Shown here piece by piece: positions 13,513 to 29,867 of a stretch of DNA of 64,000 nt; the first letter of the stretch is position 1; each line of letters begins with the position of its first letter. The notes below the pieces were generated by a model. The model saw only the letters and a program-made list of their open reading frames with translations, was not told the origin of the DNA and made no database searches. A program made the translations under genes and the position numbers. Source of the stretch: Octopus vulgaris (taxonomy: Eukaryota); contig OX597821.1 in the NCBI GenBank assembly GCA_951406725.2, forward strand, positions 107,632,001-107,696,000. Reading direction: 5' to 3'.

Positions 13513-13528
13513 ATGCGCAGATCAATAA
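13513..13528 (+). CDS. Host gene coding exon 1 (MRRSI-, ends phase 1); the exon including 5' UTR probably starts at 13418
   Basis: gttacag acceptor ends 13417; in-frame TAA at 13492; aaaATG at 13513; donor AA|gtaaga; phase matches the next exon. Confidence 0.7.
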
Positions 13529-13589
13529 GTAAGATATATTATTGTTGTTATTGTTGTTGTTGTTGTTGTTGTTACTGATGTTGTTGTTG

Positions 13590-16232
<2,643 letters not shown>

Positions 16233-16242
16233 GTATATATAT

Positions 16243-16322
<80 letters not shown>

Positions 16323-16373
16323 CCTGTGTGTGTTACTGATGTTTAGAATTTATAAATTTCGAAAACGTTAAAT

Positions 16374-16407
<34 letters not shown>

Positions 16408-16825
16408 CTGGAGCAGTGAATCTCGGAGTGAACAATGCTATAAATAACAGTGTGTAAATATTGCGTTGAAACATCCTTTTTAACACATAGAAACGTTCAT
16501 TCTCGCTGGTAAGAATAAAGTTTCTGAAATGGAGAGAGAGAGAAATTCCAAGGATTGCTTTGGTCCAATGGTAGAACCTCTCTCAAGTTTACATGAGATG
16601 TACGTTCGCGTCTAAAGCGCAGACTTAGACTACTTCTATTCAAAATGCTTGTTTTTTTTAAACCCGATATTTACGTGCTATTATTTTCAGCTTTATTTGC
16701 TTCGAAATTCGATCTTTCTAAAATAATCACATTTACGTATGTATATATATATGGGCTTGTGTGTGTATTTGATTATGCAAATTTATGCAAAGGCTGTATA
16801 TACTCTATATATTTTAATATTTCAG

Positions 16826-16876
16826 GTGGAAGTCAAATAGAACCACTACAAAAAGCCTCTCTGCCGCTTACACTAA
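16826..16876 (+). CDS. Host gene coding exon 2 (-GSQIEPLQKASLPLTL-, phase 1-1, 51 nt)
   Basis: atatttcag| acceptor, AA|gtaagg donor, open frame, unique sequence between repeats. Confidence 0.72.
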
Positions 16877-17105
16877 GTAAGGATTATTAATCAATACCAT
16901 TCTATCGATATTGGCCCCCGGAATGGGGGGTAGAATCCTGTTATAAGATTCCTTTTTTAAATATGTCCGTGGTTTTTAAAGAGACTACGATTAAAGGGAT
17001 GGATTTGGAGACAGAATTAATTACAATATCTTAGCTTATATAACCAAATCTATAAATCTATACACCTGTCTCTCAGCCTATTTTACGACCTGTCTATATA
17101 TCTGT

Positions 17106-17110
17106 CGATC

Positions 17111-17196
<86 letters not shown>

Positions 17197-17314
17197 GCAT
17201 ACATATATGCATAGGTATATAAATATACATTCATACATGTATACAAACACATGTACATGTGTATACTACACATATACACACACATACGAACGTACATATA
17301 TATGTGTATATATG

Positions 17315-17399
<85 letters not shown>

Positions 17400-17434
17400 A
17401 TATATATATACATGTATATATATATACATATACA

Positions 17435-17513
<79 letters not shown>

Positions 17514-17528
17514 ATATATATATATATT
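17106..17528. repeat. (CT)n plus degenerate (TA)n microsatellite
   Basis: Direct inspection. Confidence 0.95.
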
Positions 17529-17573
17529 TAAAAAAGGAGATGTGGAACACGAGTTGTGATATATAAAAAGGAA

Positions 17574-17821
17574 ATGAAGAAAATGCTGACAAAATAATTT
17601 AAGTAATTTAAGTAATTTAATTAGGTGAAAGTTCTTTTACCGGTTGCGCATTTGTTATGCTTATCAAAAAATATTTTTTAAAGAGAGATTAGAGTTCCTT
17701 TTCTGATAGATTTCTATCAAGATAACTCTCTTTTAAAAATATATTTTGCGCGCAACCGGTAAAAAGAACTTTCACCTAATTAAATTACTTAAATTACTTA
17801 AATTATTTTGTCAGCATTTTC

Positions 17822-17827
<6 letters not shown>
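17574..17827. repeat. Foldback with about 77-bp near-perfect arms, embedded in (TA)n
   Basis: 17574-17649 is the reverse complement of about 17749-17827 apart from about 2 indels; weaker pairing continues inward. Confidence 0.92.
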
Positions 17828-17879
<52 letters not shown>

Positions 17880-18144
17880 ATATATATATATATATATACA
17901 TGTATATATACATGTATATATATATACATGTGTATATATATATATATATGAGTGTATTTTTCACTTGTTAACAATTAACACGGAAAATAGATATATAGTT
18001 ACCAGGGTAGCAAAAAATCACACAAGTAAAGAGGTTGTAACTCCTTGTTTTTAAAGGTAGAAACTTAGGGTTTACGTGTAATTTTTTTGTATAATATATA
18101 AATAAATAAATGGTGATCAACGCAGGTATAATTCAAATACCTTT

Positions 18145-18233
18145 ACTTCCGACATATGTTTCGAAGATTTCACCGATATTATTCCAAAGGAATAAAATGG
18201 TGTAAAACAATGTAATCTTCTCTTCAGGGAAGT
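18145..18233 (-). ncRNA. Type I hammerhead ribozyme motif in a Penelope-derived unit (about 17950-18290)
   Basis: Minus strand: acttcc CTGAAGA gaagatt...aatcttc GAAAC ATAT GTC ggaagt; stems I and II pair and the core is canonical. Confidence 0.85.
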
Positions 18234-18289
18234 GAAGAAATGAAACTCGTCAATAGGACATTTTAACGGAAAATGATGGATATGTATAG

Positions 18290-18516
18290 TGTTAAAATGT
18301 ATGCCATAAGGTTTGCAAATCTAACGGAGGCCACAAAAGACATTTTAAGATCCACAAAGAACAGAACTAATCTGCAGTTCCTGGTGGTCCATGCAATCCA
18401 TGTGGGTGTGTTTTCAGAACATTGTCTGGTTTAGAAAGCCACATCAGATGCCACGATGGTTCTAAGGTGTTGGTACATGAGGTGGTCAAACTCTGCATAA
18501 GGAGTAGACAACCACC
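18290..18516 (+). mobile_element. RTE-clade LINE 3' end with C2H2-like fingers
   Basis: CHKVCKSNGGHKRHFKIH and CNPCGCVFRTLSGLESHIRCH; homologous to 27357-27600 (-). Confidence 0.75.
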
Positions 18517-18535
18517 ATATATATATGTATATATA

Positions 18536-18624
<89 letters not shown>

Positions 18625-18952
18625 ATGCATACATACGTATTCGTATTCCTATAATCCCTGGTTTTACCGACTTGTTTTTTTTCATTCTGCAGTGCATAAA
18701 ACTTCCCAGAAAAATACATAAATGAATAAACAAATGAGTTTTGCTTTTGTTTTTAAGTAGTCAATTATTATAACAATGGTAAAGAAAAATATAAAAGATA
18801 AAAGCTATTGATTTGATGATAAATCTTGTCTTTCTAAGTAAGGGAGAGAATTCCATAATCTTAACTGATAAACCTTCGAATGAATGTATGCTGTGTGGTA
18901 GTGAGCCAGTTGTTGGTAAGAAAACTATCCTTAATAAATATATATCATTCAG

Positions 18953-19015
18953 GTGACACTCAACTATTGGAAACTCCAGAGAATGAAGCTCAAAAACAAG
19001 GAAAGGAAATGCTAT
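18953..19015 (+). CDS. Host gene coding exon 3 (-DTQLLETPENEAQKQGKEML-, phase 1-1, 63 nt)
   Basis: atcattcag| acceptor, consensus |gtaagt donor, open frame in the required phase. Confidence 0.78.
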
Positions 19016-19542
19016 GTAAGTAATTTTTTCAAAGTGTCTTGGATTCTAAAAATAATTCTCCGTTCAACCAATTTATTTCTTCGTGTCTGAAAATGTTTAA
19101 ACATCTTTGAATGAGTTCGTGTGTATATTTCATTGGATAACTATATATAAAAAATTTGAATAGGGTATGTTATACATACATATATTAGCGCTAACTAGCT
19201 ATCTTAAAGGTAGTTTTAATATACAATATTATATATGAATGTATGGACATATGTGTGCATGTGTGTGTGTAATATATGTATATATGTATACATATATGCA
19301 TGTATATATATAATATATGTATATATATATATGCATATTTCTATAATACATATATATATATATATATGTATGAATATATATTTATATATACACATATATA
19401 TATGAGAATATATATATGTATATATATATATAAATACATATAAGTATATATATGCATCCATATATATATATACACACACCTACATATAATATATATACTA
19501 TGTGTGTATATATATATACACCTATATATAATATATATATAC

Positions 19543-19579
<37 letters not shown>

Positions 19580-19999
19580 CTATATATAATATATATACTA
19601 TGTGTGTATATATATATATATATATACATACATATAAATGCATCTATCTATCTATCTATCTATTTGTATGTATGTATGTATGTATGTATGTATGTATGTG
19701 CGTGTGTATATAATCATATATGTATGTATGTATATATGTTTGCATATAAATTTCTCTGGATTATGCCTTTAGATGTTAGGTACCTATCTCTCCCCACTGA
19801 AGACGGAGGCCGGATTTACTTAATGTTTATATGCTTCCACTACTGATTGCATATCATTGACTTTCGACGTTCTGCATCTGCCAAAACTATGACGTAATTC
19901 CGAGCCCTCAGAAAGCGCCTTCGCACCCGTAACCCCATACCTTCTGCCCTTATATTTTGTGTCTTTATACCCTTGTAAGTCTCCTCTGCTAAACATATA

Positions 20000-20394
20000 A
20001 ATAGCTGTGTGGTAAATAGTTTGCTTACCAACCACATGGTTCCGGGTTCAGTCACACTGCGTGGCACCTTGAGAAGTGTCTTCTACTATAGCTTCAAAGC
20101 GACCAACGCCTTGTGAGTGGATTTGGTATACGGAAACTGAAAGAAGCCCGTCGTATATATATATATTTCTTTACCACCCACAAGGGGCTAAACACAGAAG
20201 GGACAAACAAGGACAGACAAAGGGATTAAGTCGACTACATCGACCCTAGTACGTAACTGGTACTTAATTTATCGACCCCGAAAGGATGAAAGGCAAAGTC
20301 GACCTCGGCGGAATTTGAACTCGGAACGTAACGACAGACGAAATACGGCTACGAATTCGCCCGCCGTGCGAACGTTTCTACCAGCTCGCCGCCT
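20000..20394. mobile_element. SINE B 5' half (+) followed by SINE A (-)
   Basis: Family motifs. Confidence 0.85.
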
Positions 20395-20479
20395 TATATA
20401 TATAGGTATGACTGTATGCACATGAATATATGTATGTATATCTGTCTGTCTATCTATCTATACATGCATATGTAAGTAT

Positions 20480-21225
20480 ATTTCATGTTTCTGCCGGGGT
20501 CTCTTTCCATTAGCTCCCCATATAGCATCTGCTTAGGGATCCTGCTATCCTTCATTCTAATAAAGTGTCCAGCTCAACGTAACCGGTCCTTGTGCACCAT
20601 CGTCTCAATACTTCAATACTGAAGATATCAGCTGTCCTGAATGGAAAGAAACGCCGGCAGAAACCAAGGCTGCGATTTAAGGAGTGTATCAAGTCTTCAT
20701 TAAAGGCCCGAGATATGCAGGAGATCAGCTGGGGGAGCGATGGCTGTCATCACCACAGTTGGAGAAAGTAGGTTAAGGAGAGGGTCGACACTTTTGAGAG
20801 ATCACGTATTCTGCATGAAGAACTTAAGCGTGCTGCTCGAAAGCGCACTGCTGTTGTAAAGAATGGGGAAAGCTTGGTTTGCAATGTTTGCTGTCGTGTA
20901 TGCTTGTCAAGAGCAGGGCTCATTAGCCACCAACGGAGCCACGAATACAAAATATAAATTGGTCCTAGAGCGCACAGTTTTACTGAAGGTCAGCGATGGT
21001 CTTCCTCGGTCACGAGTGGACGGTCATCGTATTTCATGCAGCTAGCCCAAGCCGTTTTATTTCTTCATTCTCTCCATATCTGCTCACCTGGATTCCTCGT
21101 ACAGCCACCTTTTACCTCAAGGACTTAGTCCTCGGTAAAAGATTCCCAAGTGTAAGTTCAAATCATTTGAGAGGTACTAACTGTTTTCTGCATTGAGCAT
21201 AACTGGATCTAATCTGCTGACAGCG
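20480..21225 (-). mobile_element. Possible old LINE (Tx1/L1-like) C-terminal remnant
   Basis: GC-richer block; the residual translation (..FFTTAVRFRAARL..YFLQLW) only loosely resembles L1/Tx1 C-termini. Confidence 0.3.
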
Positions 21226-21326
21226 CCCTCTCTTTCTATCCACCCCTATGTATGTATGTGTGTATGTATGTATGTATGTATGTATGTATGTATGTATGTA
21301 TGTATGTATGTATGTATGTATGTATG

Positions 21327-21430
<104 letters not shown>

Positions 21431-21600
21431 CATGCATAGATGCAGGAGTGGCTGTGTGGTAAGAAGCTTGCTTCTCAACCACATGGTTCCGGGTTCAGCC
21501 CCATTGTATTGCACCTTGGCCAAGTGTCTTCTACTATAGCCTCGTACCGACCAAAACTTTGAAAGTAGATTTGGTAGACGGAAACTGAAAGTAGACCGTC

Positions 21601-21664
<64 letters not shown>

Positions 21665-21720
21665 GTACAGTGTTATATATAGCATTAACGGAAATCCCAC
21701 TTCCAAATGGGTGAATGTAA

Positions 21721-21816
21721 CATCCCTGATGAAACTGCATCGACTTTGATCCTATGTTGCATATCCAACTGTGTGGAGTCGCTGGAGTTGAAACATGTGT
21801 AGGTTTCGAAAGGATG
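21721..21816 (+). ncRNA. Type I hammerhead ribozyme motif with long stem II
   Basis: catcc CTGATGA aact..cgact / agtcg..agtt GAAAC ATGT GTA gg tttcgaaa ggatg. Confidence 0.7.
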
Positions 21817-21875
21817 CTGTTACATATAATAATGAATATGAAAAATCTCCGTTCTCCTTATCATTATTAATACTA

Positions 21876-22464
<589 letters not shown>

Positions 22465-22794
22465 GACAAAATGCTCAGCGACATTTCTTCTGGCTTTTAT
22501 GTTCTGCGTTTAAATGCCGCCGAGGTGGGTTTTATCTTATAATCTTTCGTGGTCAATAAAATGAGTACCATTTGAGTTTAAAATTGCAAGCCTACACCTA
22601 AAATTAGAGGGGATTTTAGAGATATTTCAGTTCAGTCGCAGGATTTTGCTTTAGATTGGGAGTTGTTTGTATCCCCGGTTTGTGTTACGTTAACTTAAAT
22701 ATTAATCCAATTTGTAGCAAGTCTCTCTACTTCACTTTGAACCTTGACTGTTTTACAATTAGATCACAAACACATTGTCTTTGGTCGTGTGTGA

Positions 22795-22860
22795 TGACGT
22801 CATGAAAAAAATTAACAACAAAACTCAACAGCTACACATGAAATTCTTTGGCTGACGTCA
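22795..22860. promoter_or_regulatory. Pair of full CRE palindromes (TGACGTCA), candidate internal promoter
   Basis: TGACGTCA at 22795-22802 and 22853-22860 in unique sequence about 140-200 bp upstream of the candidate exon ATG at 23002. Confidence 0.45.
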
Positions 22861-23001
22861 TCAGAAACTGAAATGAACCGAAAGATGTTGATTGCAAAAC
22901 AGTCAAGTTTTGGTTAAGCTAATCACGGCTAATAAAAGTCAAACAGTCGGACAGAGTTGAACAGACAGACAGGAGAGACTCAGCCATGCGCTAAGTTAGC
23001 T

Positions 23002-23026
23002 ATGTTCAATATCAGTCGTTTTTCTG
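23002..23026 (+). CDS. Candidate alternative first coding exon (MFNISRFS-, phase 1)
   Basis: ATG at 23002; TG|gtaagc donor; phase compatible with exon 24858; two TGACGTCA sites upstream. Confidence 0.45.
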
Positions 23027-23135
23027 GTAAGCATAAATATTGTGCAACGACCAATGACTCCATTGCTACATACTTAAAAACCAGCGACGGCTGACGAGAC
23101 TCGAGTCTATTTACTCTCTCTCTGTCTCTCATCTA

Positions 23136-23175
<40 letters not shown>

Positions 23176-23344
23176 TCTGTCACTCTATGCTTCTGTCTTT
23201 CATTTGCGCCAACCACATAAGCTATCCAGTTATTAAGACGAATACATTCAGTTACTGAATCAGCTCACAACGTTAATCTCATTTTCCGACACTATATTGT
23301 TAGTTTCTTTTCTTTGGACAGTTATGTTCCATATTCAAATATTC

Positions 23345-24085
23345 TTTTCTACTCTAGGCAAAAGGCCTGAAATTTTGTGGCAGGGGGGCCAGTCGATTAG
23401 ATCGACCCCAGCACGCAACTGGTATTTAATTTATCGACCCCGAAAGGATGAAAGGCAAAGTCAACCTCGGCGGAATTTGAAAACCCAGAACGTAAAGACA
23501 GACGAAATACCTATTTCTTTACTACCCACAAGGGGCTAAACACAGAGAGGACAAACAAGGACAGACAAACGGATTAAGTTGATTATATCGACCCCAGTGC
23601 GTAACTGGTACTTATTTAATCGACCCCGAAAGGATGAAAGGCAAAGTCGACCTCGGCCGAATTTGAACTCGGAACGTAGCGGCAGACGAAATACCTATTT
23701 CTTTACTGCCAACAAGGGTCTAAACACGGAGAGGACAAACAAGGACAGACAAACGGATTAAGTCGATTATATCGACCCCAGTGCGTAACTGGTACTTATT
23801 TAATCGACCCCGAAAGGATGAAAGGCAAAGTCGACCTCAGCGGAATTTGAACTCAGAACGTAGCGGCAGACGAAATACCTATTTCTTTACTGCCAACAAG
23901 GGGTTAAACACGGAGAGGACAAACAAGGACAGACAAACGGATTAAGTCGATTATATCGACCCCAGTGCGTAACTGGTACTTATTTAATCGACCCCGAAAG
24001 GATGAAAGGCAAAGTCGACCTCGGCGGAATTTGAACTCAGAACGTAGCAGCAGACGAAATACCGCTAAGCATTTCGTCCGGCGTG
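23345..24085 (-). mobile_element. SINE family A tandem array, four units of about 180 bp
   Basis: Near-identical units joined at gacgaaatacctatttcttt. Confidence 0.92.
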
Positions 24086-24394
24086 TTTTCAATTTTCAGT
24101 TTTAATAAAATATTGATTGATTAATCAACGTACTCTTGCTTGACACAGATATTTAAGTATTTATTTTACTATCTCCATGTCAATCAGCAGTATACGTACG
24201 GAACAACCTCCCGATAAACTTGTCCCAATTTGCAAGTATTATAGATATCAGTACTTCCTAGGTCACAGTTCTCCCACAATATAAAGTACCTTTATCCAGT
24301 AGAAAGCAAAATGCTAGAAGCAAAGAAATATATGCTATTCAGAAAAGTTCAATATTTATATCTACCTATCTACCCACCTCTCTCTCTCTCTCTC

Positions 24395-24438
<44 letters not shown>

Positions 24439-24451
24439 GTATGGATGTAAG

Positions 24452-24529
<78 letters not shown>

Positions 24530-24857
24530 AACACACACGTTTGCATATATAAAACAATCTATCAATCTATCAACTATATACACACATATATATGTATATA
24601 TATATATATGTATGTGTATATATGGATGTATATATGCGTATATATACATATATACATATACTCTTACATATATACATACATATATATATGTGTGTGAGTG
24701 CGTGTTTATTTGCGTATGTGTGTATGTGTGCGTATCCATGTTTGTGTTTATATATGCGTATGTGTTTGTTCGCTGAGTTATTTTTCTATATGTCTCTCAG
24801 AATCTAATTTTTCTTTCTGATTTCCATTCTTATTCCTATCAAAATTTCTGCCAATAG

Positions 24858-24982
24858 ACAGCTCAATATTTGATTTACCGGATGAAGAGTTCTTAAAGAA
24901 TTTTATCGATGAAGTTCGCAATGAAAAGCCCTTCTTAACAGATAGCTACACTCTAAGTGACAGAAGAAGAAAAGCAATGAAC
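24858..24982 (+). CDS. Host gene coding exon 4 (-SSIFDLPDEEFLKNFIDEVRNEKPFLTDSYTLSDRRRKAMN, phase 1-0)
   Basis: Pyrimidine-rich tract and ccaatag| acceptor, |gtaggt donor, 125 nt open with protein-like composition. Confidence 0.82.
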
Positions 24983-25369
24983 GTAGGTAGACAATTCTAA
25001 GCAATCGCAAGCATCATTAATTAGAAATGAAAAGGACAGTGTGTCATAATGTTACGTCACCCTAACGTCATGCTACCACGTGATCATGTCGTCATTAGGA
25101 CGGAGAAAATATATATACGTACATATGCACATATTTGAACGTTCCATATGTGTATGTGTATATATATATGTATGTATGTATGTTTGTGTATACACACACA
25201 TATATATTCATGCATATATATATATATATACATGCATATGTATACATATACATGCATATATACACGTGCATAACATATGTATACACATATATATGTATGT
25301 ATGTATGTATGTATGTGTGTATGTATGTATGTATGTATGTATGTATGTATGTATGTATGTATATATATA

Positions 25370-26100
25370 TCCTCATTTTTTTTCGCCCCTTTCTTCGTTT
25401 GTTTCTGTATGAAGAGCGTAGGTTCGAAACTTCAAAGACGATTTCCATTTTTCTTGAGCGTGCAACTAATACAGTCTGTTCGTTTCTCTTTCTCCCGTCT
25501 CTGTTTTTCTTTTTTGTATATTTTCTGTATAATTTTGAATCCTCCAATGTATGTGTGTAAATCCTACAATGTGTGTGTGTGTGTGTGTGTGTTTAAAGGC
25601 AGATTTCCTTTCTTAAACTTATTTACTATTTTAAAAAAACTTATTCAGATAGCAGAACGTCACAAATATTTGGTGAAGTTTTCGTGTGGTGTGTACTTTG
25701 TGAGTAAGCGCTTTCCTTTTTCAACTTTTCAGATACATATGTTCGTGTCCTAACGCTTATAGAGAAAGCTGTTTTTAGCAATTTTGTTTACTAATTCTGG
25801 TTTAGCTTCGGGTCTAGAAGTCTTTTAGTGTATTCTTCTTTTCCCTCCGTAGTTGATAATTTTCATCTTTTATTTTGTAAAACGGAGATATTCTAAATTT
25901 TCCATTTTTACGAATGTCTTGATGTTCACTATATGGACCGTTTCTAAGAGATGAATCTTTTATTTGCTGTTCGTGCACGTTCACACGCCTGGTTACTTTC
26001 GTTCCTGTTTCTCCGATGTAATTCTCATCACATTGTGGGCATGTGATTCAATAGATGAGGTATTTTTGCTTTGCAATTCATGCTTCGATTCACTTTCAAT
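25370..26100 (-). mobile_element. Penelope-like element 3' end: GIY-YIG endonuclease remnant plus a pLTR-like segment in the opposite orientation
   Basis: Minus strand about 26060-25795 reads [34 protein letters not shown]...PFYKIKDENYQLRREK; hammerhead-like motif at 25401-25438 (+). Confidence 0.88.
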
Positions 26101-26110
26101 TCCTCCTCAT

Positions 26111-26147
<37 letters not shown>

Positions 26148-26272
26148 ACACACATGTAAATATATATATATATATATATATGTATATATGTGTGTATATA
26201 TATAGATATTTATATATGCACATATATATATACATATATGTATATATATATACATATATGGGTATATATATG

Positions 26273-26305
<33 letters not shown>

Positions 26306-26309
26306 GTAA

Positions 26310-26382
<73 letters not shown>

Positions 26383-26580
26383 CAGGAGTGGAGCAGTTTG
26401 AAATAAAGTGTTTTGCCTAAATACGCAATGCTCCGTCCCGTCTGGGTATAGAAACCGTGATCTTGCGATTGCAGGTGGATTACTAAACCATTTGTCCATG
26501 CCTTTTCACCGTTACATTGTACCACGGATTAACGAATAAAAACAGCCACAACAAAAACTACTACTACTACTACTACTACA

Positions 26581-26651
<71 letters not shown>

Positions 26652-26677
26652 CTTTTAACTTTGGTTTTTTGTTTCAG

Positions 26678-26730
26678 AGACGAAATGCTGAAGAAACGCA
26701 AGGCTATATATTCATGTTTGAAACGGATAA
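26678..26730 (+). CDS. Host gene coding exon 5 (RRNAEETQGYIFMFETD-, phase 0-2)
   Basis: ttttttgtttcag| acceptor, AA|gtatgg donor, phases match both neighbours. Confidence 0.82.
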
Positions 26731-27043
26731 GTATGGTCCACGGGTGATAACTCTTCTGCCTAAAATACCGGAAATAGTTTCTGAAAAATTGATTAAGTAT
26801 CAATAAGATCGAATGATTGGCATTAAAGTATGAATAATAAAAATGGAAAATTCAATACGCCTTGCCTTCGTTATCACTTCGACCAGTTGACATTATGTAT
26901 TTATATATTTTGTGTAACGCAGTGAGCGGCGATCAGATCACAAATTGAGAATAAGAGTGGTGGTAGTTTTCTCTTCTCTCTCTTTTCTCTCTTCTCTCTC
27001 TCTGTTTCTCTTTCTGAGTCTATCTTTCTCTTCTTCTCTCTTC

Positions 27044-27216
<173 letters not shown>

Positions 27217-27219
27217 TAC

Positions 27220-27275
<56 letters not shown>

Positions 27276-27318
27276 ACATGCATACATACATACATACATA
27301 CATACATACATACATACA

Positions 27319-27349
<31 letters not shown>

Positions 27350-27356
27350 TTATATA

Positions 27357-28025
27357 GTGGTTGCCTACTCATTATTCAGAGTTTGACCACCTCTAGTACT
27401 TACACTTTAGATCCATTGTGGCGCCTGATGTGGCTTTTTTTTTTACCAGACAATGTTTTGAAAAGACACCCACATAAATTGCGTATCTGATTTGGACCTC
27501 CAAGAGCAGCAGTTAAGTTCTGATCTTTGTGGATCTTAAAATGTCTTTTGACCCCACCCCTCCATTAGATTTGCAGATCAAGTGGCATGCATACACGGCA
27601 TTGAAAGCTGTGCACAAAAATATAGGCAGAGTTGTTGGTAGAGGTTCGTTTTTCAAGGGTCCGAAAATGAGATTTGAGCCCAGCAAAAGAAAGGCCTGAT
27701 CTGTCACAAGTTGTGCATACAGAAAGGTCATTGAGATTCACCTCGATCGTAACAATCGTCCTTAAATCTCTCTTGAGCTTTGTATGTTTCATCCTGGCCC
27801 CCCTGAAAAGCTCCCCACCCCCCAATTTGTTCGCTATCTAGCTTGATCCGAAGCTAGGTTTTCTATGACCTTTGGATCCATTCCAATGACTTCATAGTAG
27901 TCCTTATACCGTCCTTAAACCTTTAAGGTTTTCACCGATTGCGCTTCCCCTCTGCAAGTTCGTCATAAAACAGCCGTTTGCGTGTGTGTTCATCCGCCAT
28001 TCGAACAATATGGCCGGACCATCTC
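27357..28025 (-). mobile_element. RTE-clade LINE 3' fragment
   Basis: WSGHIVRMAD...LFYDELAEGKR...RFKD and CTTCDRSGLSFAGLKSHFR. Confidence 0.85.
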
Positions 28026-28263
28026 ATTTGATTTAATATTATTAATATTTATTAATATTATACAAATGTATAGAGTAATCCATCAGATTAATGTAAAATT
28101 GTTTTTAGTATGCCTGAAGATTAACACTATGTATGTATGTATGTGTGTATGTATGTATGTATGTATGTATGTATGTATGTATGTATGTATGTATGTATGT
28201 ATGTATGTGTGTGTGTATGTATGTATGCATGCATGCATGCATGTATGTATGTATGTATGTATG

Positions 28264-28326
<63 letters not shown>

Positions 28327-28379
28327 ATTTATTTATTTATTTATTTGTTTATTTATTTCTATATTTCTATTCTGAAAAT

Positions 28380-28640
28380 ATTGGTTCCACATTTTTAACA
28401 CACGGCCAGCACTTTCTAGGATGGGACTTAAATCGATTACATCAACCCTATTGTTCAAGTGGTACTTAATTCATCGACTACGAAATGACAAAAGGCAAAG
28501 TTGACCCCTGTGGAATTTGAACGTGAAAATGGATGGAATGACATTAAGCATTTTGCCAAAGGGCTGCTAATGACGTTGGATCGTCAGGTTGTCCATGAAG
28601 GTACGGACCTGTATTCTTTCACCTATGTCACGCCGCTCCA
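28380..28640 (-). mobile_element. Decayed SINE A whose head carries a short Hero-RT insert
   Basis: Family A core on the minus strand; 28578-28630 matches 32547-32599. Confidence 0.75.
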
Positions 28641-29039
28641 TTAATTCCCGAAAATAGCTTTTCGGCATTACATTAAACGTTTAGAGTGTTTTCTTTTTAT
28701 AAACAGTACTACATTGGTAAGGGAGGTAATTATAGTTATTTAAACAGCATTTATTTCCCTTGGATAAAGAGTTGTTTCCCTTCACATTGCAAATTGTGAT
28801 CGATTAAAAAAAGCAAACATATTGCATAGTGACATTTCGTCCGTTTTTATGTTCTGAGTTCAAATGCTGCTGGGGTCCGGTTTGCTTTTCACACCTTTTC
28901 GGGTTTCAGGAAATATGTATCAGTCAAGTACTCGAGTCTGATCTCCCTCAAAATTTCAGCCTTTTCTACTTATAACAAAGGAATATTTGGTATTTTGTGA
29001 ATATTGGACACACACACACTCACACACACACACTTACAC

Positions 29040-29705
29040 AAAGAACAGAATAAAGAAAGAACAGAATAAAGAAAGACAGAAAAGAAAGAAAGAAGTAAAG
29101 AAAGGAAGAAAGAAAGAAAAGAAGAAAGAGAGAAAGAAAGAAAGAAAGGAAGAAAGAAAGAATAACAGAAAGAATGAAAGAAAGAACAGAAGGAAGAAAG
29201 AATGAAAGAAGGAATGAAAGAAAGAAAGAAAGAAAGAAAGAAAGAGAAGAATGAATGAAAGAAAGAAAGAAAAAAGGAAGAAAGGAAGAATGAAAAAAGA
29301 ATGAAAGAAGGAATGAAAGAAAGAAAGGAAGAATGGAAGAAAGGAAGAAAGAAAGAACGGAAGAAAGAAAGAAAAAATGAAAGAAAGAATGAAAGAAAGA
29401 ACGGAAGAAAGAAAGAAAAAATGAAAGAAAGAAATAAAGAATGACAGAAAGGAAGAATGAAGGAAAGAATGAAAGAAAGAAGGAATAAAAGAAAGAAAGG
29501 AAGAAAGAATGAAAGAAAACAAGAAAGAAAGAACGGAAGAAGGAAAGAGAGTAAGAAAGGAAGAATGAAAGAAAGAAAGGATGAAAGAAAGAAAGAATGT
29601 AAGAATGAAAGAATGAAAGAAAGAAAGAATGAAAGAACGATTAAAAGAAAGAAAGAAAGAATGAAAGAACGATTAAAAGAAAGAAAGAAAGAATGAAAGA
29701 AAGAG

Positions 29706-29740
<35 letters not shown>

Positions 29741-29832
29741 AGGAATGGAAAAATATTGAAAGAATGACAGAAAGAATGAAAGAAAGAAAGGAAGAAATGA
29801 AGAAAGAAAGGAAGAAAGAAAGGAAGGAAGAC

Positions 29833-29867
<35 letters not shown>

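Noticed and set aside
19790-19925. Further hammerhead-like remnants (19796-19920 +, 40670-40795 -, 49430-49480 -)
   Set aside because: Partial core motifs only; stems or CTGA are degraded, so they are not called as ribozymes
23345-24085. CRISPR-like regularly spaced repeats
   Set aside because: Whole 180-bp units are near-identical SINE bodies with no unique spacers, no cas genes, and a eukaryotic context
26678-26743. Longer 66-nt version of exon 5 (donor gtgata)
   Set aside because: Ends in phase 0, which puts exon 34074 in a frame containing a stop; the 53-nt version fits
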